Source: Octopus sinensis
Lineage: Eukaryota
Assembly: GCF_006345805.1 (NCBI RefSeq)
Contig: NC_043012.1
Coordinates: 37,076,001 to 37,140,000, forward strand
Reading direction: 5' to 3'
DNA length: 64,000 bases
Shown here: positions 37,760-50,648 of the stretch, piece after piece
Layout: every line of letters starts with the position of its first letter
Position numbering within the stretch: position 1 is the first letter of the stretch
Notes under the pieces: generated by a model
Seen by the model: the letters and a program-made list of their open reading frames with translations, nothing else
The model's database searches: none
What the model was told of the DNA's origin: nothing
Position numbers and translations under genes: made by a program

Positions 37760-40640
37760 AGGAGGTGTTGAGATGCAAAATTATAAGGGTGGCTGGGTGG
37801 GGGAGCAGGGCAGGAGATTCATGGGTGGATGGGGGAACTGGAATGAGGCTTAAAAGAGGTAAATGATGTTGATGAAGAGGTGCTAGAACAGGTAAGGCCA
37901 ATCTTTTCCCAGGAGTGGGCCACATGAGACGTAGCTGATCATCAGGTGGGGGTTGCCGTACAAAGGACAATCCAAAGTAATTTTGTGTTGGGCATGCCAT
38001 TGAAAAGGTCCTGTGGGTCGCAGTTGGCCCATGACTGTGCCACAATGTGCCCCCTTGGACACGTATCCAGGAGATGTACAAGAAGAAGGAGTGTGGATAA
38101 TGACAGGCCATGCTGTGGCTAACTGTGGAACAGCTTTCTCTCAATGAATCAGCTGTGTGGTCAGTTTGTGTATGTTGCGTAGATAAGAGAGGCCAGCCTG
38201 AATGGGATGAGTCAATGGTCAGTGATACTAAAGCCAGCAGCAGCAGCTGTGAATGACCAACTGCTGTCCAATATAGTGATCAATACCAGCTGTTGTACAC
38301 TCTTACACACACACACACACACACAAACATACAACTGGACACATGCACACATATGGACACACACACATACAAGGCCAGACAACACACATGTAGCCACACA
38401 TGCACACAGCCAGACATACATACATACGTACACACAAACACACAGCCAGTCAGATACACACACACATGCACACACACACATACACACATTCATAGACATG
38501 TGCATCACAAACACACACATGCACAGGTAATCCATGTCACATCTGTCTGAAACAATATCGCTGTTGCCTAGCAACACATTTTCATCTGAGAAACTCAATC
38601 AAATTTTAATGAGTTACCAAGTCTGCTCGGCTGAACTTAAATTGGAAACAACAACAATCAATATTTTGATAAAGAAGTTTGTCCTTGCTCCTGTTTCAAC
38701 TGCTCAACTTAAAAGCTACGGGTTTGTACTCTACATTGTTTCAAAGATTTAAACTATGTGTTTGGGCACAGCCATAGCTCATTTGCAACCATGTGGGTTT
38801 GGGTCTGGTCCCACTGTATGGAACCTTGGGCAAGTATCTTCTACTATGGCCTCAGGCTGACCATTATCTTGTGAGTAGATTTGTTAGATGGAAACTGAAA
38901 GAAGCCCTCAGGCAAGGCTGTGTGATAAGACGTTTGCTTCCCAACCACAAGGACCCGGGTTCAGTCCCACTGTGTGCAACTTTGGGCAAATGCCTTCTGC
39001 TGTAGGCTAGGGTCAACCAAAGCCTTGTAAGTAGATATGCTAGTTTGTTTATGTCCCTTATAACTTAGCAGTTAGGCAAAAGAGACCACCAGAATAAGTA
39101 CCAGACTTTAAAAGTGCTGGGATCGATCTGTTCAACTAAAAGCCTTTGCAGTGGGACCCCCAGTGCAGTGGGACCCCCAGCGCAGTGGGACTCCAATGAC
39201 TGAAACTATTTGAAAAAAAAAAAAAAAAAAAGACAGAAAACGAAAATGATTTCTATTCAACTTGGCTGCTGTTTCTAGAAGTAGAGTTTCTCAACCATGT
39301 TTTACCTACTGACCCCTTTATTACCTATTATACTCAGGTGGACCTGCATAGCCATTCCATGTTTGTGATAAGTAAGAAGTTTGCTTCCCAACCACATGGT
39401 TCTGGGTTCAGTCCCACTGCGTGGCACCTTGGGCAAGTGTCTTCTTCTATAACCGTGAGCCAACCAAAGCCTTGTGAGTGGATTTGGTAGATGGAAACTG
39501 AAAGAAGCTTGTTGGCTGTGTGGTAAGAAGCTTGGTTCCTAACCACATGGTTCCGGGTTCAGTCCCACTGCATGACACCTAGGGCAAGTGTCTTCTATAT
39601 AGCCTCAGGCCAAGCAAAGCCTTGTGAGTGGATTTGGTAGACAGAAACTGAAAGAAGTCCATTGTGTGTGTGTGTGTGTGTGTGCCTTCATGTTTGTGTT
39701 AAGTATTAAGGCTGATTCATTTGACTAAAAATTCCTCAAGACGGTGCCCCAGCATGGCCACAGTCTAATGACTGAAACAGTTAAATGGTGAAATATAAAA
39801 GATATTTTTAGAATCAAAAGAATTACATTTAAAAAAAAAAACGGTGAAAAACCCATTTGTGTATTGTAGGAATACAAACAAATTCCTGCAAATGAATTTC
39901 AAGAGCAAAATCTTGTGTGGACTCCCAAGAGTCAAATGGATCCCAACTGAGAATCACTGATATAGGGGTGGGGGGCACCTTCATTGGTCTGAGGTAATTT
40001 GGTGCCATTATGCATTCTACAGACAGACAGGTACTTCGTGGTATTTTCTCAGGCTGGATTTTCGACAAAACTTTAAAAAAAAAATTTTTTAACACCCCCA
40101 CCCCATCCCTGTTCTTGCCCCACCCCACCCGTTGATTATTTTAGACTGAACAAACACAAAATTATCATTTAATAGTCTCCCCACCTCCCATCCCTTACCT
40201 GATTTAAGGGCCTAGTTTAAGGTGCCACAAGGAGTGCAGACTGAATGTCTGTCCCTATGTTCACCTTGGCAGGAAAACTGTCAACAGCAACCTGCACCAG
40301 CAGCAGCAGAAGCAGCAGCAGCAGCAGAAGTCTGTGATCTCTCCAGGTTGCACGTTTCCAATTGCACTGCGCTGCAACATAGTGGTGGCGGCAGTGGTGG
40401 CAATGGTAGTGGTAGTGGTAGTAATGATGGTAGTGGTGGTGGTGGTGGTTATAGGGTAAGGTAGGAGAGGGAGTTGAGAATATGGGTGGGTAGGTGACAG
40501 CAGGTGAAATGGTAGAACATGAGAGAGAGAAAGAGGGAGAGGGAGAGAGAGAGAGACAGGGAGGAAGAGAGGGAGAGAGAGATGTAAATATGTCATACAG
40601 ACAGACAGACAGACAGATAGATAAATAGAGAGAGGTTAAT

Positions 40641-40702
<62 letters not shown>

Positions 40703-40923
40703 TATATATATATATATATTTATAATATATAATATATATATATATATATAGATATATATATATATTATATATATAGATAGATAGATAGATAGATAAAATT
40801 AATATATATATATATATAGAGAGAAAGAAGAGATAAATAGGAAGATAAGTAGATAGACAGGTAGATAGATAGATAGACAAAGAGAGAGAGAGAGAGAAAA
40901 TATGTTATAGTATGAAATAGATA

Positions 40924-40955
<32 letters not shown>

Positions 40956-41699
40956 CAGAGAGAAAGAAATTGTCAGGTATGAGCCGAGAGAGAGAGAGAG
41001 AGACAGAGAGAGAGAGTGTGTGTGTGTGTGTGTGTGTGAGGACTGATTAGAATCAGTGAAACAAAAATAGAACGAGTGAGTGTATGTATGTATGTGTCTG
41101 TGTGTGTGTGTGCGCGCATGTGCATGCGTCAGTGTGTGCGTGTGTGTGCATGTGTCAGTGTGTGTGCATGCGTGTGTGTGTGTGTGTGTGTGTGTGCATG
41201 CGTGTGTGCATTGTTTTGCTGGGCAAAGCAGTGTTTCTAGTTGAGTGGAAGTATTGATCTGAAAAGCTGTCAGCCTGAGAATGAGTCACCTTCTTCAATA
41301 CAACAACAACAACAACAACAACAACGTGCAGAGGGAGCGGTGCGGGGGGTGGCGAGAGGGGAGGGAGGGGAGTTTCTCCCTGAATTGTAGCAATGGCACA
41401 TTGAAACAGGAAATAAACAGTTTTTCAAAGACATGTGGCAGTTTGGAATAACAAAGTAGGAGACAGAGACATGTGAAACGGGTTGGCAGAGGAGGAGGGG
41501 GAGGAGGAGGAGGAGGAGACAGGTGAGAGAGGAATTACAGGTGAGAAGCAGACTAACGAGAGAAGAGGAGAAGTTAATACGAGGAGGCGAACCCACCTGG
41601 CTGATAAGGTTAATTAAATTACAACACTGCACACTGGTCGACTATATCTGCCTTTTCTTATATATATATATACACACGCTACATATATATATATATACG

Positions 41700-41771
<72 letters not shown>

Positions 41772-42134
41772 TATATATTATATATATAATATATATACAA
41801 ATATATATATAGAGAGAGATACACTTATATACATACATATATATATATCACATATATATATTATATATAGATACCCACCCATTATATACATATTATATAT
41901 ATATTACATCTAATATATATATATATTATATATAATATATAATATATATATAATATAATAATAATATTAGGGAATAATCCAAATTTACAGGGAAAAAAAA
42001 TCAGATTAGGATTAAATCCAATTTTATAGTAAAATATTATATAATATTATAAGAGACAAAACCACTATTTTGCAAAACACACAAGGAAAGACTTAATCAA
42101 TACATAAAATTTTAATAAATAGTCAAAAAAACCG

Positions 42135-42177
42135 CCACTACAATTGTTTCTTGTCTTGATCGACAATCTTCAGGTGG
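42135..42177 (-). ncRNA. Identical hammerhead motif on the opposite strand (left arm of the hairpin)
   Basis: Exact reverse complement of 42212-42254. Confidence 0.75.
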
Positions 42178-42211
42178 ACTTCCAATAATTTGAAACTGAC
42201 TTATTGGAAGT

Positions 42212-42254
42212 CCACCTGAAGATTGTCGATCAAGACAAGAAACAATTGTAGTGG
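42212..42254 (+). ncRNA. Canonical minimal type-I hammerhead ribozyme motif
   Basis: ccac CTGAAGA ttgtc-gatcaa-gacaa GAAA caattg TA gtgg; palindromic helix III; GUA cleavage triplet. Confidence 0.75.
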
Positions 42255-42339
42255 CGTTTTTTTTGACTATTTATTAAAATTTTTGTATTGATTAAGTCTT
42301 TCCTTGTTTGTTTTGCAAATAGTGGTTTTGTCTCTAATA

Positions 42340-42419
<80 letters not shown>

Positions 42420-43187
42420 TATATATATACATATATATACACATATATAATATATATATAGATACACATTATATACATCATATATATATATAAATATTTG
42501 TATATATACATACTATATATATATATATACACACATATATATATATTCTTTTATTTGTTTCTGTCATTTGACTGCGGACATGCTGGAGCACTGCCTTTAG
42601 TCAAACAAATCAACCCCAGGACTTGTTCTTTGTAAGCCTAGTACTTATTCTACCGATATCTTTTGCTGAACCGCTAAGTTATGGGGACCTAAGCACACCA
42701 ACATTGGTTGTCAATTGATGGTGGTGGAGACAAACAGACACACAAACACACACACACACATATATATATATGACAAACTTCTTTCAGTTTCCACCTACCA
42801 AATCCACTAACAATGTATACATGTATATATGTACACACACACATATGCACGTGTATGTACGTGCACCAGAGTCCATTGTTTGTTCTGATATGGTCTCTAC
42901 AGCTGGATGTCCTTCATAATGCCAACCACTTTACGGAGAGTACTGGATGCTTTTTACATGGCACCAGCACAGGTATTCATACATACACATATATACATAC
43001 ATACATATATATATATATAAGTTCAGCAAAATTTAGATTCAGATGAATATGGTACTTAAGTCAAAGGCACCAGAATTTGGTATGGTATTATCCATATAAA
43101 TCAAATGGGGTGATTATAATCAAAATAAGCAATAAGGATATCCAAGGTAGAGTAGTACAATTGTTTCATGCTACTTCATTTTATTAA

Positions 43188-43253
<66 letters not shown>

Positions 43254-43619
43254 TTGGTGTTAGGAAGGGCATCCAGCTGTAGAGATTGAATGAAAACAGA
43301 CAAGGAAACCTGGTGTGACCCCTGATCTTCCCAGCTCCTATGAATGCATCCAACCCATACGAGTATAGAAAACAGACATTAAATGATGATGATGATGATG
43401 ATGACAATGATGATGTATATTCAGCATTGATTGCAGGGGATCCATAAAGGACTGAGGCATATCAAAGGGTGGCACATTCCCAAATTGCTTAAAAAGAATG
43501 GCACAAAATAGACTGTTTGGTTATTCATTATCGTTGCTGATGTTCTGTTGATTATTTATTTGTTTAGCCTGATGAGTTGAGAGTTGAGTAACATGTTATG
43601 TAATATTATGGACATTGGA

Positions 43620-43830
43620 AGGCGGTGAGCTGGTAGAAACATTAGCACACCAGGCGAAATGCTTAGTGGTATGTCGTCTGTCTTTACATTCTGAGTTCAA
43701 ATTCCACCAAGGTCAACTTTATCTTTCATCCTTTCGGGGTTGATAAATTAAGGACCAGTTGTGTACTGGGATTGATCTAACCGACTGCCTCCCCCCCGCC
43801 CCGCAAATTTCAGGTCTTGCACCTTCGGTA
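43620..43830 (+). mobile_element. SINE family B (also ~23905, 25320, 35600, 55870, 57960 +; 59700-59890 -)
   Basis: ggcggtgagctggtagaaacattagcac...gagttcaaattcc...tttcatcctttcggggttgataaattaag. Confidence 0.8.
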
Positions 43831-43891
43831 GAAAAAATTATTGTTGGCATAATGACCCCCCTGAGATACAACAGCCTAGAGTAGAAAAGAA

Positions 43892-44265
43892 GGATCTTTT
43901 CCTTTTGATGGACGGAATTTCTAGTTAACTAAACAATTTGAAACTTCGTATACTGGTGGAATGTGTCAAAAGAAAACATTATTTTCACTTGGCTTTTTTG
44001 AGAAAATTGTAATTTGTAAGTTTAACATAGATTAATTCTTCGAATTTTAACCAATGAAATACCAGCATTTAAGCTCAAATCATTTGCTGCGTTATCGATA
44101 TTGATAAACAAAGGAGAAGAATTAAACTACGTTAAACTTACAAATTACAATTTTCTCAAAAAAGCCAAGTTAAAATAATGTTTTCTTTTGACACATTCTA
44201 TCAGTATACGAAGTTTCAAATTGTTTAGTTAACTAGAAATTCCGTCCATCAAAAGGAAAAGATCC
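43892..44265. mobile_element. 374-bp MITE with ~134-bp TIRs (GGATC...GATCC) and an 8-bp TSD GAAAAGAA
   Basis: TSD at 43884-43891 and 44266-44273; arms ~43892-44025 and ~44131-44265 are near-perfect complements. Confidence 0.88.
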
Positions 44266-45281
44266 GAAAAGAATATTATGGATGTTGAGCATATTGCATA
44301 CCAGGCTGTACTGTGCTTATGTCACAATAAAGACTCTTAACGAAACAAGTGTAGTAATAGTGGATCACCCATTTGTTTGGTTTTATCATAAATATAGTGT
44401 TATCCAAGCCCAATAAGACGATCTATGAAGTAAATTGACAAATAGCAATATAAGTAGTCACCATAAACCATGAATTCACTTAAACAAGAATGAAGGACAA
44501 CTCAAAATGATGGGACCCCAAGAAATAAAGATTTCACTAACAAGCATATGAAATATATATTCCCATCATCGGCTGCCAAACAGATCTCACTGTGGTTTCA
44601 ACATTTGGGTACTGCCATTCAATCAATCAATCAATATATATAGCCAGGTGAAATTGTAGTTGTGGCCATTGCTGGTGACATGCAGAAGGCACCTGTGCTA
44701 GTGACACAAGAAAGGTATTCAGTACATTGTTGGAGTGGTTGGCATTAGGAAGGGCATCCAGCCATAGAAACTGAGCCAGATTAGACTGGAGCTTGGTGCA
44801 GTTCTCTGACTTACTAGCCCTGGTCAAACTGTCCAACTCATGCCAGCATAGGAAATGGATGCTAAATGATGATGATGATGATACACACAAACACAAGTAT
44901 TTTATTTAAGCCTAAACAAGTTCCCAGACTATTATAATACAGGATCTGATTCCACCTTTTGTATTTGAACACAATGTTTTTTACTTTGTTTTATACCTAC
45001 ATACATACTTGTGCATATGTATTAATGCCCTTAGCTTAGATTTTTGGGGTCAACCAATTTTGAACAGTCTCAACTTTGATATGCCTCAGTCCTTTATGGA
45101 TCCCCTGCAATCAATGCTGAATATACATCATCGTTGTCATCATCATCATCATTTAATGTCTGTTTTCTATACTCGTATGGGCTGGATGCCTTCATAGGAG
45201 CTGGGAAGATCAGGGGCCACACCATGTTTCCTTGTCCGTTTTGGTTCAATCTCTACAGCTGGATGCCCTTCCTAACATCAA

Positions 45282-45322
<41 letters not shown>

Positions 45323-45914
45323 TAATAAAATGAAGAGTAGCATGAAACAATTACTATACTCTACCTTGGATATCCTTATTGCTTATTTTGATTATAATCA
45401 CCCCATTTGATTTATATGGATAATACCATACCAAATTCTGGTGCCTTTGACTTAAGTACCATATTCATCTGAATCTAAATTTTGCTGAACTTATATATAT
45501 ATATATATGTATGTATGTATATATGTGTATGTATGAATACCTGTGCTGGTGCCATGTAAAAAGCATCCAGTACTCTCCGTAAAGTGGTTGGCATTATGAA
45601 GGACATCCAGCTGTAGAGACCATATCAGAACAAACAATGGACTCTGGTGCACGTACATACACGTGCATATATGCATGCGTGTACATATATGCATGTATAC
45701 AGTGTAACAGGCTGTAATGATAATTGGAAACTTGACTGATGAATAGAAGGCCACGAACGATCCGTCCTGGTTTTTCCTGTCCATCTTTGTATTGTCTATC
45801 TGTCCATATGTTTTTATTGTCATCCATTATGGTCTTATTTTATTTTTTGGATTTATATATACATATAGTGGTGTATGTACACCTTTTGCTCACCTTATAT
45901 TATATAAATTTATA

Positions 45915-46975
45915 TCATCATCATTGTTTAATGTCCGTTCTCCATGCTAGCATGGGTTGGACGGTTCGACCGGGGATCTGGGAAGCCAGAAGGCTGCACC
46001 AGGCTCCGGTCTTATCTGGCAAAGTTTCTACAGCTGGATGCCCTTCCTAACGCCAACCACTCCGTGAGTGTAGTGGGTGCTTTTTACGTGCCACCTGCAC
46101 TGGTGCCAGGCGAGGCTGGCATCAGCCACGGTCGGATTGGTGCATTTTATGGAAGCCAGTCAGGGCGGCACTGGCTTCGGCTATGATTCGGATGGTGCTT
46201 TTTACGTGCCACCGACACGGAAGCCAGTCGAGGCGGCGCTGGCATCGGCCACAATTCGGATGGTGAATTTTATGGAAGCCAGTCGAGGCGGCACTGGCTT
46301 CGCCTACGATTCGGATGGTGCTTTTTATGTGCCACCGACACGGAAGCCAGTCGAGGCAGCGCTGGCATCGGCCACAATTCGGATAGTGCTTTTTACGTAC
46401 CTCCAGTCCCAGGGCCCTGGCATCTGCCAGGTGCTAGTCATAGGATTGGTTCAATTTCGATTTCACTTGCCCCAACAGGTCTTCGCAAGCAAGGGGGGTT
46501 GCCATAGGTGCCTGTCGTCGGATGAGGTTCGATATCGACTTTGCTTGCCTCAACAGGTCTTTGTGTGTCCAAGTGGGGAAAGGCATGCATAAGTGGGCTG
46601 GACTCACTTGTCCTGCCTGGTCTTCTCACGCACAGCATATTTCCAAAGGTCTCGGTCGCTGGTCATTTCCTCAGTGAGGCCTAAAGTTCAAAGGTCGTGC
46701 TTCACCACCTCGTCCCAGCTTTTCCTGGGTCTACCTCTTCCACGGGTTCCCTCAACTGCTAGGGATTGGCACTTTTTCACACACCTATCTTCATCCATTC
46801 TCGCCACATGACCATACCAGTGCAATCGTCTCTCTTGCACACCACAACTGATGCTTCTTAGGTCCAACATTTCTCTCAGGGTACTAACGCTCTGTCGAGT
46901 ATGAACACTGACATTACACATCCATCGGAGCATACTGGCTTCATTCCTCGCGAGCTTACGCATGTCCTCACACAC
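45915..46975 (-). mobile_element. RTE LINE 3' end, including a ~120-bp tandem repeat in the 3' UTR and a (gat)n tail
   Basis: LARNEASMLRWMCNV...QERRLHWYGHVARMDEDRCVKK...EGTRGRGRPRKSWDEVVKHDL. Confidence 0.9.
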
Positions 46976-47538
46976 AGATATATATATAAAACCATCATCG
47001 TTTAGTAACCCTTCATTTGTCTTCTCTCCTATTTTCCTTTTTCTCATAGTCATCATTATTTTTATGTCCACTTTTCTGTGCCTGCATGGGTCAGACTGAT
47101 TTTATCAAAGGCAAATTTTCCACAGCCAGATGCCCTTCATAATGCCAACTCTCGTTTCCAAGCAAAGTAATGCTTCCCCCCCCCAATCATCAGATGTGTC
47201 CTCCCAGAATATTGTAAATGAATGGCACTGCCCGTGTGACAGTGACACTCGTTTACAGCTGTCAGACAATGTCAAGACAAGGGGACTCTCACAAACAGAC
47301 TCACATATGATGGGCTTCTTTCACTTTCTATTGACCAAACTGGGGACATAAACACACCAACACCAGGTGGTGGGGGACAAACCCAGACAAAAAGAAAAAC
47401 ACACACACACATACATACATATATATATATATATATAGTTAATCCAAACATGAAAACACAAAGAGAAAACACAACAATGCGAGGACGTGGAACAAATATA
47501 GTATTATTGGACGCTCAGGAAAGAAGGGAAGAAGGAGG

Positions 47539-47573
47539 GTTTTATGTTTCGAGCGGAGCTCTTCGTCGGAAAC
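47539..47573 (-). ncRNA. Minimal hammerhead-like motif, core variant CCGACGA, in a Penelope-type repeat (47445-47660)
   Basis: gttt CCGACGA a gagc-tcc-gctc GAAA ca TA aaac; helix III CG changed to CA (CpG-type decay). Confidence 0.5.
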
Positions 47574-47665
47574 ATAGGAAAAGGAAAGATCCAGAGAAGG
47601 GAAGACAGAGGAATAAAAATCGCCAACGGTACACACGCTGTCACATTTTGAAACTACAAGACTTG

Positions 47666-47697
<32 letters not shown>

Positions 47698-49048
47698 CAC
47701 AATGAGCTTCCTTCAGTTTCTGTCTTCCAAATCCACTTGCAAAGTTTTTGGGTAGGCCCAAGGTTATGGTAGAAGACATATGCCCAAGGTGTCACACAGT
47801 GGGACTGAACCCAGAACTCTGAAGTTGGGAAGCAAGCTTCTTACCACACACAGCCATGCTTGCTTCTCTATATAATTTTTCCCCCGTGGTTGATTTAACA
47901 TCTACTTTTCCAATCTTGCAAGGTTCAGATAGAATTAGCTGAGGGAGATTTTCTATGGCCAGATTGTCTTTCTGTTGTTTGCTTGTTTCAAAGCAAGGCT
48001 AATGGCCAGACATGTTTTCTCAGAAGATAGCAAAAAGATAATGCTCTTTTACAATCATCATGCAATAACTAAGACACACACCTGACAGGCTTCTTTCAGT
48101 TTCCACCTGCTAAATTCCCTGACAAGGCTTTGCTTGGCCCAGTGCTATATTAAAAGACATTTGGCTATGGTACTGCACATTGGAATTGATTGGGAAACCA
48201 TTTTTTTTAATCACTCAGTCAGAGAAAAAGGTAAAAATAGGCATAAAGTGATGATGATGCTTGAATGGGTAGAATGGAAATCCTTGAGGCAAATTTTCTA
48301 CAGCCAGATGGGGGGTGGTGAATAATTGGGTCAGGGGTGGGGGTTACCACAAGAACACCAGAAAACTCAAACAAAGAATCTTATTGACTCCAAACTGAGG
48401 CATCGGTTCTATGATTGTCTGCAGAATGAAGGACATGTGGTCTTTTACCCCCACCCCCCACTGTTTGTTTTTTTAAGATATAATCACAAGATGATGATGA
48501 TGATAATGATAATGATGATGAAGATGATGATGATGATGAAGATGACTGATCATTATAATGATCAGGAAGATGATAATGATGATGATGATGATGGTGGTGA
48601 TGATGATGATGATAATAACAATGATAATGATGATGATGATGATAACGACAATGATAATGATGATGATTATGACGACGATGATGATAATAACAATGATAAT
48701 GATTATGACAATGAAGATGATGATGATGATGATGATTACGATGATCATGTAGTTTTATGCAATAAACTTATCAGGTGAATTAATCATCAAAAATTATCTA
48801 ATGTTATATCTTCGTTATGCGATATCAATCATTTCACTTCGTTATCAAGCTCCTTTGCTACATAGCGACCACATCATCATGGAATTACGTTAGCAAACGA
48901 AAAAAAAAAAAAAAATCTATTTTTATATTAAATATATTATCGAGTTACATACTATGTCCTCAGACTACAATGTTGTTGTTATTGTTGTTGCTGTTGTTGT
49001 TGCTGCTGTTGCACACGGGCCAGGCTTATCCATATCTTTAATCAATAG

Positions 49049-49119
49049 AACGAGAAGTGTGTTATCGTAAGTGCAACAAAGACCAGATGGACGAGGTACT
49101 CAGGCCTGAATTCAAACTG
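49049..49119 (+). other. Candidate 71-nt coding exon (REVCYRKCNKDQMDEVLRPEFKL)
   Basis: atctttaatcaatag acceptor, CTG|gtaagg donor, in-frame stop just upstream, non-repeat sequence; no family recognised. Confidence 0.22.
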
Positions 49120-49949
49120 GTAAGGTGTGTCCCCAGCTGGAGCAATAAGTACTTTCCAGGGTAACATCGAATATCCTACTCAACATATAACTAAGTTAGA
49201 ACCCACCTACAAGCAACCCTTGTGTGTGAGTGCATCTGTGTATACATATATTTATACTCTCGTGTAGCTTCATGTATTCCCATCCAAAATGGAGACAAGT
49301 ACCAACGTTGCGATGTGGTAGGCTTAATAAGTGTAGAGAGACATCTCTCTACATGAAACCATTGGTAACCTTGTTAACTCACAAATAATATATATATGGA
49401 CAGGATGCCGGTCCGGTCCGTCGCAGGATTACTAATTGTTGCCAGCCGAGTGGACTGGGCCAATGTGAAATGAAGTGTTTTGCTTAAGAATACAATGCAT
49501 CACCCAGTCCAGGAATTAAAACTGCAATCTTACGATCATGAGTCCAGCACTCTAACTACCAAGTCATGTGCCTTCTGTATATGTGTGTGTAGATAGATAG
49601 ATAGATGGATAGATAGATAGATAGATGGATGGATGGATGGATGGATGGTTGGATGGATGGATGGGCAGACAGTCAGACAGACAGACAGATAGACAGATAG
49701 ATAGATATATAGGTTTAGCTACATACATCCATATATACATAAATACATAAAATATATAGACGTGTATATATATCTAATGAGGATAGAATTTCTTTCGAAA
49801 AAAATATTTTCTCGAAAAAAATTTTATCAATGGCCAGCATATTAAAAAATACCTTAAACGGTTATATATATATATATATATATATCATCATCATCATTCA
49901 ATTTGCACTTTTCCATGCTTACATGGGTCATGTGATGGCTGTAAACAAG

Positions 49950-50602
49950 CATCACCAAAACAAATGAACAATCTCATCTGTGACTGATTCAAATCTGAAG
50001 AATTCTCTTCCGTCCTCAGTAGACTAATATTATTCCAAACATCAAAGACTTTGGCAACAACCAAAACAAACCCCAAAGTTTCATTAAACTATCCTTGCAT
50101 TAATCTGGGTCTTTTTTCCTTAATGTTTTAATAATAAATCCTTATATCCTGTAAAAATGTATATATTTGCATATATTAACATATATTATAAACATTTTAT
50201 ATATACATGTGTAATATATTTTCTATTACATATATTAACATAATTTATATTATAGATATTATTATATATTAGTGACATACATTAGTGATAGGAGGCAGAA
50301 CCTCCACTTAAAGTGGGTATATACATATAATATCTTTTATATTGTATATATTAACATATATGTATATATATATGCATATATATATGTATATATAATATGT
50401 ATATATATATGTATATATATATATTATATATATATTAAATATATATCTATCTATATAAATATATATATATATGTATATATCTATCTATCTATAGCTATAT
50501 ATATATATAATATATATATATACATACATACATACATACATATATACATATATATATCTATATGCATGTATTACAGGTGTATTTATATGGCTGTATGTAT
50601 GT

Positions 50603-50648
<46 letters not shown>

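Larger units (their letters stand above)
42041..42346. repeat. Near-perfect hairpin with ~148-bp arms and a 12-nt loop, made of a Penelope-type terminal repeat
   Basis: Arms 42041-42188 and 42201-42346 are reverse complements with only a few differences; loop tttgaaactgac. Confidence 0.92.
42811..45704. repeat. Inverted duplication: arms 42811-43467 and 45074-45704, spacer ~1.6 kb
   Basis: The non-repeat block gttcagcaaaatttagattcagatg...ttcattttattaaac and its flanking repeats are mirrored with few mismatches. Confidence 0.92.

Noticed and set aside
48326-48778. 150-aa acidic D/N-rich ORF
   Set aside because: (GAT/AAT)n microsatellite.
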